Part shown: piece after piece, positions 1 through 8,994 of the stretch
Layout: every line of letters begins with the position of its first letter
How positions within the stretch are numbered: the first letter of the stretch is position 1
Position numbers and translations under genes: made by a program
The notes under the pieces: model-generated
Databases searched by the model: none
What the model was told of the DNA's origin: nothing
Seen by the model: the letters and a program-made list of their open reading frames with translations, nothing else
Assembly (NCBI GenBank): GCA_002269645.1
Contig: NIVC01005254.1
Location: 1-15,777 of the forward strand
DNA from: Macrostomum lignano
Lineage: Eukaryota
DNA length: 15,777 nucleotides
Direction: 5' to 3'

Positions 1-15
1 ATAGAAGAAGAGTCA

Positions 16-915
16 TGTAAAAAATAAAAGTAGCACTACGAGCGTATGTACGAGCTATACATAAAGAAAAGTCATGTTCAAGTTAAAAGATTCATTTGGG
101 AATTGCTACGATGTCAAAGCTTGGTGGAAATCGTTATAGTGGCTTGATTCTTAAGAAGGAATCACTAAAATGTCAAGGCTTAGGGGAGAAGAATTGCTGA
201 GATTTCAAAGGCTTTAGGTTGGGTTAAAGTTAGGTTTAGGTCAGGTGTGGGTTGAGGGTTTATTTTATCGGGTTTCAAGGTTAACAGAATAACAGGGGAT
301 TTTTTAGATTTCAAGGTTTATGGAGGCCATCGCTGACATGTTAAGGCTTACGGGGGGAATAGCTGAGATGTCAAGGCTCACGGGGTATAAATGAGATTTC
401 AAGGCTAAAGTCAGAAGCTACATGTAGTTTATTGAAAACTTTTTATTAACATTATTTGATGCTCCTCAGGGGAGGGATCGCTGATAAAAAAGCGTAATGT
501 AAAAATAAAAGAAGCTTCATGTCGAAGTTAAGAGATTCATTTGGGAATCCCTACGATGTCGAGGCTTGCAGGAAATCGCTATAATGCTGTAGTAGTGCTA
601 TAGTGACTCTTAGAGAGAATTACTGAAATTTCAATGTTAGGTTAGGGTTAGGGTTAGGGTTAGGGCTAGGGTTAGGGTTAGGGTTAGGCTAGGGTTAGAA
701 GGTTGACAGATATTTTTAGATTTCCAAGGCTTATTGGGGGCATTGCTGAGATGTCAAGGGGGGAAGTTGATATGTCAAAGCTTGTGGGGGGGGGAATTAC
801 TGACATGTCAAGGCTTACAAGGTTTGACAGGAGATTTTTTAAGATTTCAAGGATACATGTAGCTTATTAAAAAAACGTGTATTGCATTTATTTGGCTCCC
901 CAACGGGGGGCGTAG
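16..915. repeat. Two degenerate direct copies (~435-445 bp period) built from a ~30-bp sub-repeat (GGGGAATTGCTGAGATGTCAAGGCTT-like)
   Basis: GATTCATTTGGGAAT occurs at 89 and 534. TACATGTAG occurs at 419 and 854. ATGTAAAAA(A)TAAAAG occurs at ~16 and ~498. TCAAGG(C/T)T-like cores recur more than 10 times. Confidence 0.75.
637..698 (+). repeat. Interstitial telomere-type (TTAGGG)n tract, ~10 units
   Basis: The sequence reads TTAGG (TTAGGG)x4 CTAGGG (TTAGGG)x2 TTAGG CTAGGG TTAG. A degenerate counterpart lies at ~213-260. Confidence 0.9.
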
Positions 916-1198
916 ATTGCTAGTGTAACATCTAACATGGCTTAAATGTTGGCACTTTCTTTCTGCTGCTTAAAATAGTATTACTTTACAAATGTAATTT
1001 CTAGCAGCCCCTTTCAACACCACCGATAACAATTTTTAAGGAATAAAACATAACTGAACATCTGTATAAATTAATGCACACGTTTGACTGGCGGGGTCCA
1101 AATACATGTACATGTATATGTAAAATTCAACCTAGTACTTAGTAGTGTTGCATATGAAAAAAACGCCGATCAACTTTGCCACGTTTTTCAAATTAAAT

Positions 1199-1204
1199 TT
1201 TATT
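1199..1204 (-). promoter_or_regulatory. Candidate polyadenylation signal (AATAAA) for the left DM9 copy
   Basis: TTTATT on + is AATAAA on -, ~290 nt downstream of the stop at 1497. The spacing resembles the right copy, but the region is AT-rich so a chance match is possible. Confidence 0.35.
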
Positions 1205-1496
1205 GTTTCACATTCATTCATAACTATGAGTTTATAGACATTTTTTGAACTAAAATCTTAATATAATAAATTTATGCACCTGCATCCGTAAGGTATATAC
1301 TGTATACGGTATAGTATATTGCAGTACTCGAATTATCAATACATACATGTTTGTAGATGTACGTATCATGCACTGTACGAAAATAGGAAATGACGCATAT
1401 TCAAAAAAACAATAGCTCTGTAATCAAGTAGTAGTCTCGACAGTCATGCTACATGATATGTAAGTAGACTGGCTGCTGGCAGTGTTCGCAAAGTTC

Positions 1497-2085
1497 TCAG
1501 TCTCCCAGCACCAGAACCTCGTATGCCTTGCTCTTGAGCTCGGTTCCGCCGTATGGAAAGTAGGCGCAGCGGTGGCTCTTGTGCACCTTGCCCCGCACAC
1601 GGAGCCGTAAACCTTCATGAAGATTAAAGAAAAGCAGCAGTGTTGAACACAATAACTGTATCTGGCTGTTGCAGTTTTCAAGGTGTTTGCTTAATTTGCT
1701 CAAAATAGCCAGTTTATTTTTATACCTCGCACGAGCGATGTACAGCGGCTCGGCGTTCTTCTCTTGACCGGCCACCAGCGCCTTCTTCGTACGTCGCCGC
1801 CCTCCTCCTTCACCCACTTGAAGCCGCTGCCGTAGCAGCCGATGTCGGAGCGGACCAGCACCTCGTACTCCGGGATGGAGTGCTCTGTACCCCAATTGGG
1901 CACGCTGGCAGCCGTGCAGCCCTGAGACAGCTGGCCCGGCACCCAGAGGCCGTCCAGCTTGGCTCTGACAACGTAGCAGCCGGAGCAGCCTCGACAGCAT
2001 TTGGCGGGATGTCACCGTCTTTGGCATGCTGTCAGCTGACGCAGATCTCGATGCCCTTGTGTCCGGCATGCTTCACCTTGCTCAT
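1497..2085 (-). pseudogene. Disrupted copy of the DM9-repeat protein gene (exon 1 2085..1726, intron 1725..1613, exon 2 1612..1497)
   Basis: About 98% identical to 3945..4535 by manual alignment. Codon 18 is TGG->TGA (2034..2032). Single-base deletions sit near 1980, 1789, 1730 and 1593. The GT..AG intron is retained (113 nt). Confidence 0.8.
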
Positions 2086-2146
2086 TGTGCGTTGCCTGAG
2101 TGTCTGCGGAATGATAATTGACTCTTGAGTGAGCTGTTGAAGTGTG

Positions 2147-2239
2147 TGAGCTTTCGGAGTGAACTGCTGCTGCTTAAATAGACAGGGCAGGCTCCCCTGA
2201 CTGGCACGTCACGGTATTGGCTAAAAAGTGTGACAACGT
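2147..2239 (-). promoter_or_regulatory. Putative core/proximal promoter of the left DM9 copy: CCAAT (2220..2216), CRE-like TGACGT (2211..2206), TATA-like TATTTAA (2180..2174), Inr-like TCACAC (~2147)
   Basis: Motifs were read directly on the - strand in canonical order. TATA-to-Inr spacing is ~33 nt and the ATG is ~60 nt further on. Confidence 0.55.
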
Positions 2240-2454
2240 GGCATTCAAAAGCACTTTTATTACACTACTTTTATTACGCAATTTATACAATTATTACATC
2301 CTTCATTCAGGTTCTTTTGTTGGAGATGCTGTGCTAGGAATCGCAGTCATTTTTATTCAACAAAGAAATTTATTCTAGTCTTAGTCTTTAATTAAATTTC
2401 ATTTCTGGAGTTCCATCAGCAATTGCCTGAACCCTGAGATTATAGTTTCACTGA

Positions 2455-3530
2455 GAATAGTATCTCTGATAATCTCATCGCTGATTGTCTCATCGTTGAT
2501 AATCCCATCCCTGATAATCTAATCCCTGATGCCCTCATCCATGATAATCAGATCCCTGATAATCTGATCCCTGATAATCTGATCCCTGATAATCTGATCC
2601 CTGATAATCTGATCCCTGATAATCTGATCCCTGATAATCTGATCCCTGATAATCTGATCCCTGATAATCTGATCCCTGATAATCTCATTCCTGATAATCT
2701 GGTCTCTGATAATCTGATCCCTGATAATCTGATCCCTGATAATCTTATTCCTGATAATCTGATCCCTGATAATCTCATTCCTGATAATCTGATCCCTGAT
2801 AATCTGATCCCTGATAATCTGATCCCTGATAATCTGATCCCTGATAATCTGATCCCTGATAATCTGATCCCTGATAATCTGATCCCTGATAATCTGATCC
2901 CTGATAATCTGATCCCTGATAATCTGATCCCTGATAATCTGATCCCTGATAATCTGATCCCTGATAATCTGATCCCTGATAATCTGATCCCTGATAATCT
3001 GATCCCTGATAATCAGATCCCTGATAATCTGATCCCTGATAATCTGATCCCTGATAATCTGATCCCTGATAATCTGATCCCTGATAATCTGATCCCTGAT
3101 AATCTGATCCCTGATAATCTGATCCCTGATAATCTCATTCCTGATAATCTGATCCCTGATAATCTCATTCCTGATAATCTGATCCTTGATAATCTGATCC
3201 CTCATAATCTGATCCCTGATAATCTCATTCCTGATATCTGGTCCCTGATAATCTGATCCCTGATAATCTGATCCCTGATAATCTGATCCCTGATAATCTG
3301 ATCCCTGATAATCTGATCCCTGATAATCTGATCCCTGATAATCTGATCCCTGATAATCTGATCCCTGATAATCTGATCCCTGATAATCTGATCCCTGATA
3401 ATCTGATCCCTGATAATCTGATCCCTGATAATCTGATCCCTGATAATCTCATTCCTGATAATCTGGTCCCTGATAATCTGATCCCTGATAATCTCATTCC
3501 TGATAATCTCATTCCTGATAATCTCATTCT
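2455..3530. repeat. 15-bp minisatellite (CTGATAATCTGATCC)n, ~70 copies, variant CTGATAATCTCATTC
   Basis: The periodicity is directly visible. It has a near-perfect core and degenerate edges. One 1-nt deletion lies near 3236. Confidence 0.97.
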
Positions 3531-3944
3531 CATCCCAACACGCTGGCCCTTCTTCATGGCTAATAAAGCTTGCCAGTGGACAGAATTTCAGTGATGTTCA
3601 GTTTCAAACCAAACTCGGTCTAATTCTCATAAATCTCGTTATGGGCTGTGTCCGGATTGAATAATAAAGCGTCCATGATGAGAAGCTTTCTCGAATTTGA
3701 GTTTACGCATTTGTGAGAAAAAGTGCCTGGTTGCTCTGAATTCTAAAAGATATCTCACGCTGCACTGCCATTATAGCAGCGTGCACGAGGTCCTGCAAGT
3801 AAATAAAAGCCGAAATGAATGTGATAACCGAAATGTAAAAACGCAATTTAACGAATTGCACGTTGTCACACTTTTTAGCCAATACCGTGCCGTGCCAGTC
3901 AGGTGAGCTCAATTATCATTCCGCAGACACTCAGGCAACGCACA

Positions 3945-4535
3945 ATGAGCAAGGTGAAGCACGCCGGACACAAGGGCATCGAGATCTGCGTCAGCTGGCA
4001 GCATGCCAAAGACGGTGACATCCCGCCAAATGCTGTCGAGGCTGCTCCGGGCTGCTACGTTGTCAGAGCCAAGCTGGACGGCCTCTGGGTGCCGGGCCAG
4101 CTGTCTCATGGCTGCACGGCTGCCAGCGTGCCCAATTGGGGTACAGAGCACTCCATCCCGGAGTACGAGGTGCTGGTCCGCTCCGACATCGGCTGCTACG
4201 GCAGCGGCTTCAAGTGGGTGAAGGAGGAGGGCGGCGACGTACCGAAGAAGGCGCTGGTGGCCGGTCGAGAGAAGAACGCCGAGCCGCTGTACATCGCTCG
4301 TGGCGAGGTATGAAAATAAACTGGCTATTTTGAGCAAATTAAGCAAACACCTTGAACTGCAACAGCCAGATACAGTTATTGTGTTCAACACTGCTGCTTT
4401 TCTTTAATCTCCATGAAGGTTTACGGCTCCGTGTGCGTGGGCAAGGTGCACAAGAGCCACCGCTGCGCCTACTTTCCATACGGGGGAACCGAGCTCAAGA
4501 GCAAGGCATACGAGGTTCTGGTGCTGGGAGACTGA
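3945..4535 (+). CDS. Tandem DM9-repeat (DUF3421) protein, 159 aa, two exons (3945..4307, 4419..4535); natterin N-terminal / mannose-lectin type; no pore-forming domain and no obvious signal peptide
   Basis: Spliced translation: MSKVKHAGHKGIEICVSWQHAKDGDIPPNAVEAAPGCYVVRAKLDGLWVPGQLSHGCTAASVPNWGTEHSIPEYEVLVRSDIGCYGSGFKWVKEEGGDVPKKALVAGREKNAEPLYIARGE|VYGSVCVGKVHKSHRCAYFPYGGTELKSKAYEVLVLGD*. It has two repeats of W-x4-G-x-[IV]P-x-x-A...Y-x-x-R...G[KQ]...P-x-x-G-x-E...YEVLV, the DM9 signature. Third codon positions are GC-rich. Confidence 0.92.
4308..4418 (+). other. Phase-0 GT-AG intron (111 nt) of the DM9 gene
   Basis: The donor is GAG|GTATGA and the acceptor is a pyrimidine tract followed by ATGAAG|GTT. 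Removing it restores the exact R-x9-GK spacing of the second DM9 repeat, matching the first repeat. Confidence 0.85.
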
Positions 4536-4786
4536 GAACTTTGCGAACACTGCCATGCTTGTCTATAGCGCAATGACTGTCGAGACCGCGTGAGAATAAG
4601 AATCCAAAGTCATGCGTGTTTCTATCGTGTTCAAAAGTGGAGCATTATGTACCTGTGAAATAACATATTTTATCACTACTTTTGTTAAGCACCAATGACA
4701 CATACTGTTGCTGATATAAACGAAAATATTTTATTGTATTTTTGACTGTCACCGTTTTTTTTTAAATCGATTAGTTATAGATTAAC

Positions 4787-4792
4787 AATAAA
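4787..4792 (+). promoter_or_regulatory. Candidate polyadenylation signal (AATAAA) for the right DM9 copy
   Basis: This is the first AATAAA I found after the stop, ~250 nt downstream. The context is AT-rich. Confidence 0.4.
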
Positions 4793-5087
4793 ATGTACTG
4801 TAGAGCCAGGTGTTTACCTTGTTTGAGTAGACTTGCGAATTATCGTTAATAGAGGTTTAATGGTTACTTGATCAATTTACTGATAAAACATTTACTGGAC
4901 TACTGTGAGTAGCTGCTGTGGATATTTATTGGTATATTGCAATTTAGTATAATTTTGTTTGAAATTTCCGGATAAAATAAATTTTGAATATCAAATCAAC
5001 CATTGGTAAATTATTTAGGCTTCAGGCTTTGTTAATAAACGATTTTATTGATTTTCTTTACCACGTAAAAAATGCTAGGTGGGTTCT

Positions 5088-5596
5088 GAAATGGGTGCCT
5101 GCAGCACTAAAATGAGTGCCTGCGGCGCTAAAATGAGTGCCTGCGGCGCTGAAATGAGTGCCTGCGGCGCTAAAATGAGTGCCTGCGGCGCTAAAATGAG
5201 TGCCTGTGGTGCTAAAATGAGTGCCTGCGGCGCTAAAATGAGTGCCTGCGGCGCTAAAATGAGTGCCTGCTAAAATGAGTGCCTGCGGCGCTAAAATGAG
5301 TGCATGAGTGCCTGCGGTACTAAAATGAGTGCCTGCGGCGCTAAAATGAGTGCCTGTGGCGCTAAAATGAGTGCCTGCGGTACTAAAATGAGTGCCTGCG
5401 GCGCTAAAATGAGTGCCTGCGGCGCTAAATGAGTGCCTGCGGTACTAAAATGAGTGCCTGCGCGCTGAAATGAGTGCCTGCGGCGCTGAAATGAGTGCCT
5501 GTGACGCTAAAATGAGTGCCTGCGGAGCTAAAATGAGTGCCTGCGGCGCTGAAATGAGTGCCTGCGGAGCTAAAATGAGTGCCTGCGGCGCTAATG
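5088..5596. repeat. 21-bp minisatellite (AAAATGAGTGCCTGCGGCGCT)n, ~24 copies
   Basis: The periodicity is directly visible. A few units are truncated or lack 1-2 nt (~5270, ~5315, ~5428, ~5462). Confidence 0.97.
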
Positions 5597-5899
5597 AAGC
5601 GCTGACAAAACCCATTCTAAAAATTATGTACAAGTACATGTATAATTCTTGGCTTTGTCCCCTCACCATAAAATCCTTGGCAATGCCCCTGTGTACAATA
5701 GTACAACCAGTGAACGCCAGTGAATTATACCGTTCCCGCGCGGGATGCCAGTTGCGTAACTACTTGCAGTTGGCTCACTAGATCAGAATGGATAATTTTT
5801 AATTTCCAACAGTGTGATATTTAATTACACTTGCCCTAATGGCCAGATGTGCAACCGACAGCTCTGCCGCAGCTATTGCGCGGCGCATCTGAAGGCTGC

Positions 5900-6105
5900 G
5901 TACGGCTGTTCAGTCCAAGGACTGGGGGGGTCGCCACACACCCTCAGTTACCCCAGCTAATGCTGGCACCCATTTTACAGCTGGGTGAACTGAAGCAAAG
6001 CAGAGTTACGTGTAAGTGTCTTGCCCAAGGACACAAATTATTCCAAGTGGGATCGAGAATCGAACTCCCGACCTTTCGACCCTCTAACTACTATAGGCTA
6101 CAACT
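5900..6105 (-). mobile_element. tRNA-derived SINE with CORE-like domain (MIR/CORE-SINE superfamily-like); 3' end uncertain
   Basis: The - strand has an A-box-like TAGCCTATAGTAGTTAG (6100..6084) and a B-box GTTCGATTC (6065..6057). These are followed by TGTGTCCTTGGGCAAGACACTT...CTTCAGTTCACCCAGCTGTAAAATGGG (6034..5968), which resembles the MIR/CORE consensus as I recall it. No target-site duplication was identified. Confidence 0.75.
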
Positions 6106-6803
6106 GCCTCAGCAGCAGCTGAGGGAACTGGGGTGAGGATGGGATGCTGATATTTTAGGCGAGACAGCTAGCTTTCAGGGATGCATTTTTGCTTAAACAC
6201 TTTTTTTCTTAGAATACTAACAATTGGGACTGTACAAGGTCAAAACCTTACATGGAGTTAATTCGAAAAAAAACTACTCCTTGCTCCTGATTGCTAGTTT
6301 CCCTCTAACAAGTTCATAGAAAATTGGTGAATGCTTTCCATCATTTCCGAGACAATTTTCCAATTACAAGACTTGCAGAGCGCGCCAATTATGAAAAAGA
6401 TACACAGTGGAATCACCCTTTTCCTTTATGACGACTCGCCCCTTCTGACAATTCTTAGCCCACAGAGGCGGAGCAGTGGCAGATGCCACCCTTAGAAAGC
6501 CCTTTTTGGTTGCATGAGCAAAGAGGCAGACAGAAACAGCAAAAGTGGCCAATTTTGAGTTTTCAGATTTTTTCCAAGCAAAATAAAAGGCCCTTTCCAG
6601 CCTCCTTGAATTGCCTGCATTCAAGAAAAAGCAGAATTTCTGCAACCCACATCCAGATGTTGCCACTTCTGCCTTTTGCCTGGATCCCAGCGTGCGTTTA
6701 TCCCATGAAATTGGGCCATTATTAGCGGGTACCGATTACTAGGTGGTTACTTCGGGCGCAGCTTTCAACGTACTGGAGAATCCAAGCAGTTTGCAATCAC
6801 TAC

Positions 6804-8592
6804 AGGGATGAGAATGGATGGATCTCATGGATACATAGGGATAAAACTGGATCTCACGGGGATAAAAACTAGATATCATGGGGATAAATCTCATAAGGAT
6901 GAAAATGTATTTCATAGGGATTAAAATCGATCTCAGGGATGAAAATGGATCTCATAGGGATAAAAATGGATCTCATAGGGATAAAACTGCACCTCATTGG
7001 GATAAACTAGATCTCATGGGGATAAAAACTAGAAATCATGGGGGAATAAATCTCATAGGGATGAAAATGGATCTCAGGGATTAAAATAGATCTCATTGGA
7101 ATTAAACTGGGTCTCATGGGGATAAAACGGGATATGATGAGGATAATTATGGATCTTATAGGGATAAATATGAATCTAATAGGGACAAAATGGATGCCTT
7201 AAGCGATAAAAATCGATCTAATAAGGAAAAAAGTATTATAGAGATAAAAACGGCTATTATAGGGATAAAATGGTTCTCATTGGGATAAAAATGGATCTCA
7301 TAAGGATAAAAATGGATCTCATAAGGAACAAAAATAGATCTCAAAGTGATAAAACTGGATCTCACATGGATAAGAATGTAAGAATGGATGGATCTCAGGG
7401 ATCTCATTGGGAGAAAATTGGATCTCATAGAGATAAAACTGGATCTCATAGCGATAAAACTGAATCTCATAGGGATAAAACTGAATCTCATAGGGATAAA
7501 AATGGATCTCATAAGGATAAAAATATATCTCATAAGGAACAAAAATAGATCTCATAGTGATAAAACTGGATCTCACATGGATAAGAATGGATGGATCTCA
7601 GGGATCTCATAGGGATAAAACTGGATCTCATAGGGATAAAACTGGATCTCATAGGGATAAAACTGGATCTCAAAAGGACAAAAATGGATCTCATAGGGAT
7701 AAAACTAGATCTCACATATATAAGAATGGATGGATTTCATGGATCGCATTGGGATAAAACGGGATCTCATAGGGATAAAACTGAATCTCATAGTAATTAA
7801 ACTGGGTCTCATGGGGATAAAACGGGATCTCATGAGGATAATTATGGATCTTATAGGGATAAATATGAATCTCATAGGGACGAAATTGATGTCTTAGCGA
7901 TAAAAATCTATCTAAAAGGGAAAAAATCTTATAGGGATAAAATGAATCTCATAGGGATAAAAATGGATCTCATAAGGACGAAAATAGATCTCAAAGTGAT
8001 AAAACTGGATCTCACATGGATAAGAATGGATGGATCTCAGGGATCTCGTAGGGATAAATATGGATCTCATAATGATAAAACTAGATTTCATTGGGATGAA
8101 ACTGGATCTCATTGGGATAAAAATGGATCTCATTGGGATAAAATTAAATCTCATTGGGATAAAAATGGATCTCATTGGGATAAAATTAAATCTCATTGGG
8201 ATAAAAATGGATCTCATTGGGATAAAAATGGATCTCATAGGAAGGTCTCATAGGGGTAGAACTACTGTAGATGTCACAGGGATAAGAATGGATTGATCTC
8301 ATAGATCTCATTGAGATAAAACTGGATCTCATAGGTTTAAAACTGGATCTCACAGGTTTAAAACTGGATCCCACAGGAATAAAGATGAATCTCATAGGGA
8401 TTACAGTGGATCTCACAGGGATAAAGTTGAATCTCATAGGAATAAAACGATCTCATTGGGATAAAACTGGATCGCATAGTGATACAACTGGATCTCATGG
8501 GGATACAACTGGATCTCATGGGGATACAACTGGATCTCATGGGGATACAACTGGATCTCATGGGGATACAACTGGGTCTAATTGGGATATGA
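6804..8592. repeat. ~21-bp degenerate minisatellite (GGGATAAAA[AC]TGGATCTCATA)n with higher-order blocks, ~80 units
   Basis: The periodicity is directly visible. A GAATGGATGGAT variant recurs and a ~150-bp block is duplicated (~7100-7250 vs ~7795-7940). Confidence 0.95.
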
Positions 8593-8994
8593 GACAGTTC
8601 CAGTTTTTTTGCTTTAAACCCTAGCCGAGTTTTCGAGCAAAGCACCTCTCTTTCCCATCTTTGTGAGTCAAACTCAAAATCGATCCGATCCCTTTTTCCT
8701 GCACAGCACCTACGCCTAGGCTGGGGTCTCCTATGCTTGCTCTCCTCCTGAGATGGAAGCCTTGGTTGCTCCTCACCTCTTGGCGTGCGGAGTCGCGTGA
8801 ATCATCGCTGAGGAAAGAAGAGTTGAGGGGTGCATGGGCAAGGCCAGCTACATGTGGGTCCGTCCGTCTGACCCTGAACCCCGCAGCCCCCCATGCTCTG
8901 CATGAGTAAATTGTATATGGTATATATGTAGGCCGAAGCATACTGTACATCGGGTATACAAAGATATAGTGAAGCACAAGAAAAGAAAATCGTT

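Noticed and set aside
2032-2034. In-frame TGA as selenocysteine or recoded Trp
   Set aside because: The paralogue has TGG at a conserved DM9 Trp, the gene is nuclear and intron-containing, and I saw no SECIS. A nonsense change is simpler.
2519-3557. Repeat ORFs (RDQII)n and (RLSGI)n
   Set aside because: They are direct translations of the 15-bp minisatellite, with no coding context, and a 1-nt deletion shifts the frame mid-array.
3909-4576. Antisense and alternative-frame ORFs over the DM9 copies (3909..4391, 4003..4221, 4136..4333, 4352..4576; also 1880..2128)
   Set aside because: They are shadow ORFs of a GC-rich coding region. The ORFs at 1424..1681, 1497..2069 and 1700..1942 are frameshifted pieces of the left DM9 copy.
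5734-5745. Perfect 12-bp palindrome TCCCGCGCGGGA
   Set aside because: It is isolated with no supporting context and may be part of the SINE tail.
5079-5781. (MSACGAK)n ORFs
   Set aside because: They are translations of the 21-bp array, and several units are frameshifted or truncated.
5849-6136. 95-aa ORF on +
   Set aside because: It overlaps the antisense strand of the SINE and shows no family resemblance.
6364-6725. ORFs of 100 aa (-) and 80 aa (+) in unique sequence
   Set aside because: I recognised no domain or transposase motif in any frame I translated. A tBLASTx search would be needed to exclude a TE remnant.
6878-8645. Many overlapping ORFs on both strands
   Set aside because: All derive from the ~21-bp satellite and none resembles a protein family.
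8621-8977. 118-aa ORF on - and a telo-box-like AAACCCTAG at ~8616
   Set aside because: There is no recognisable homology, and a single 9-mer is expected by chance.
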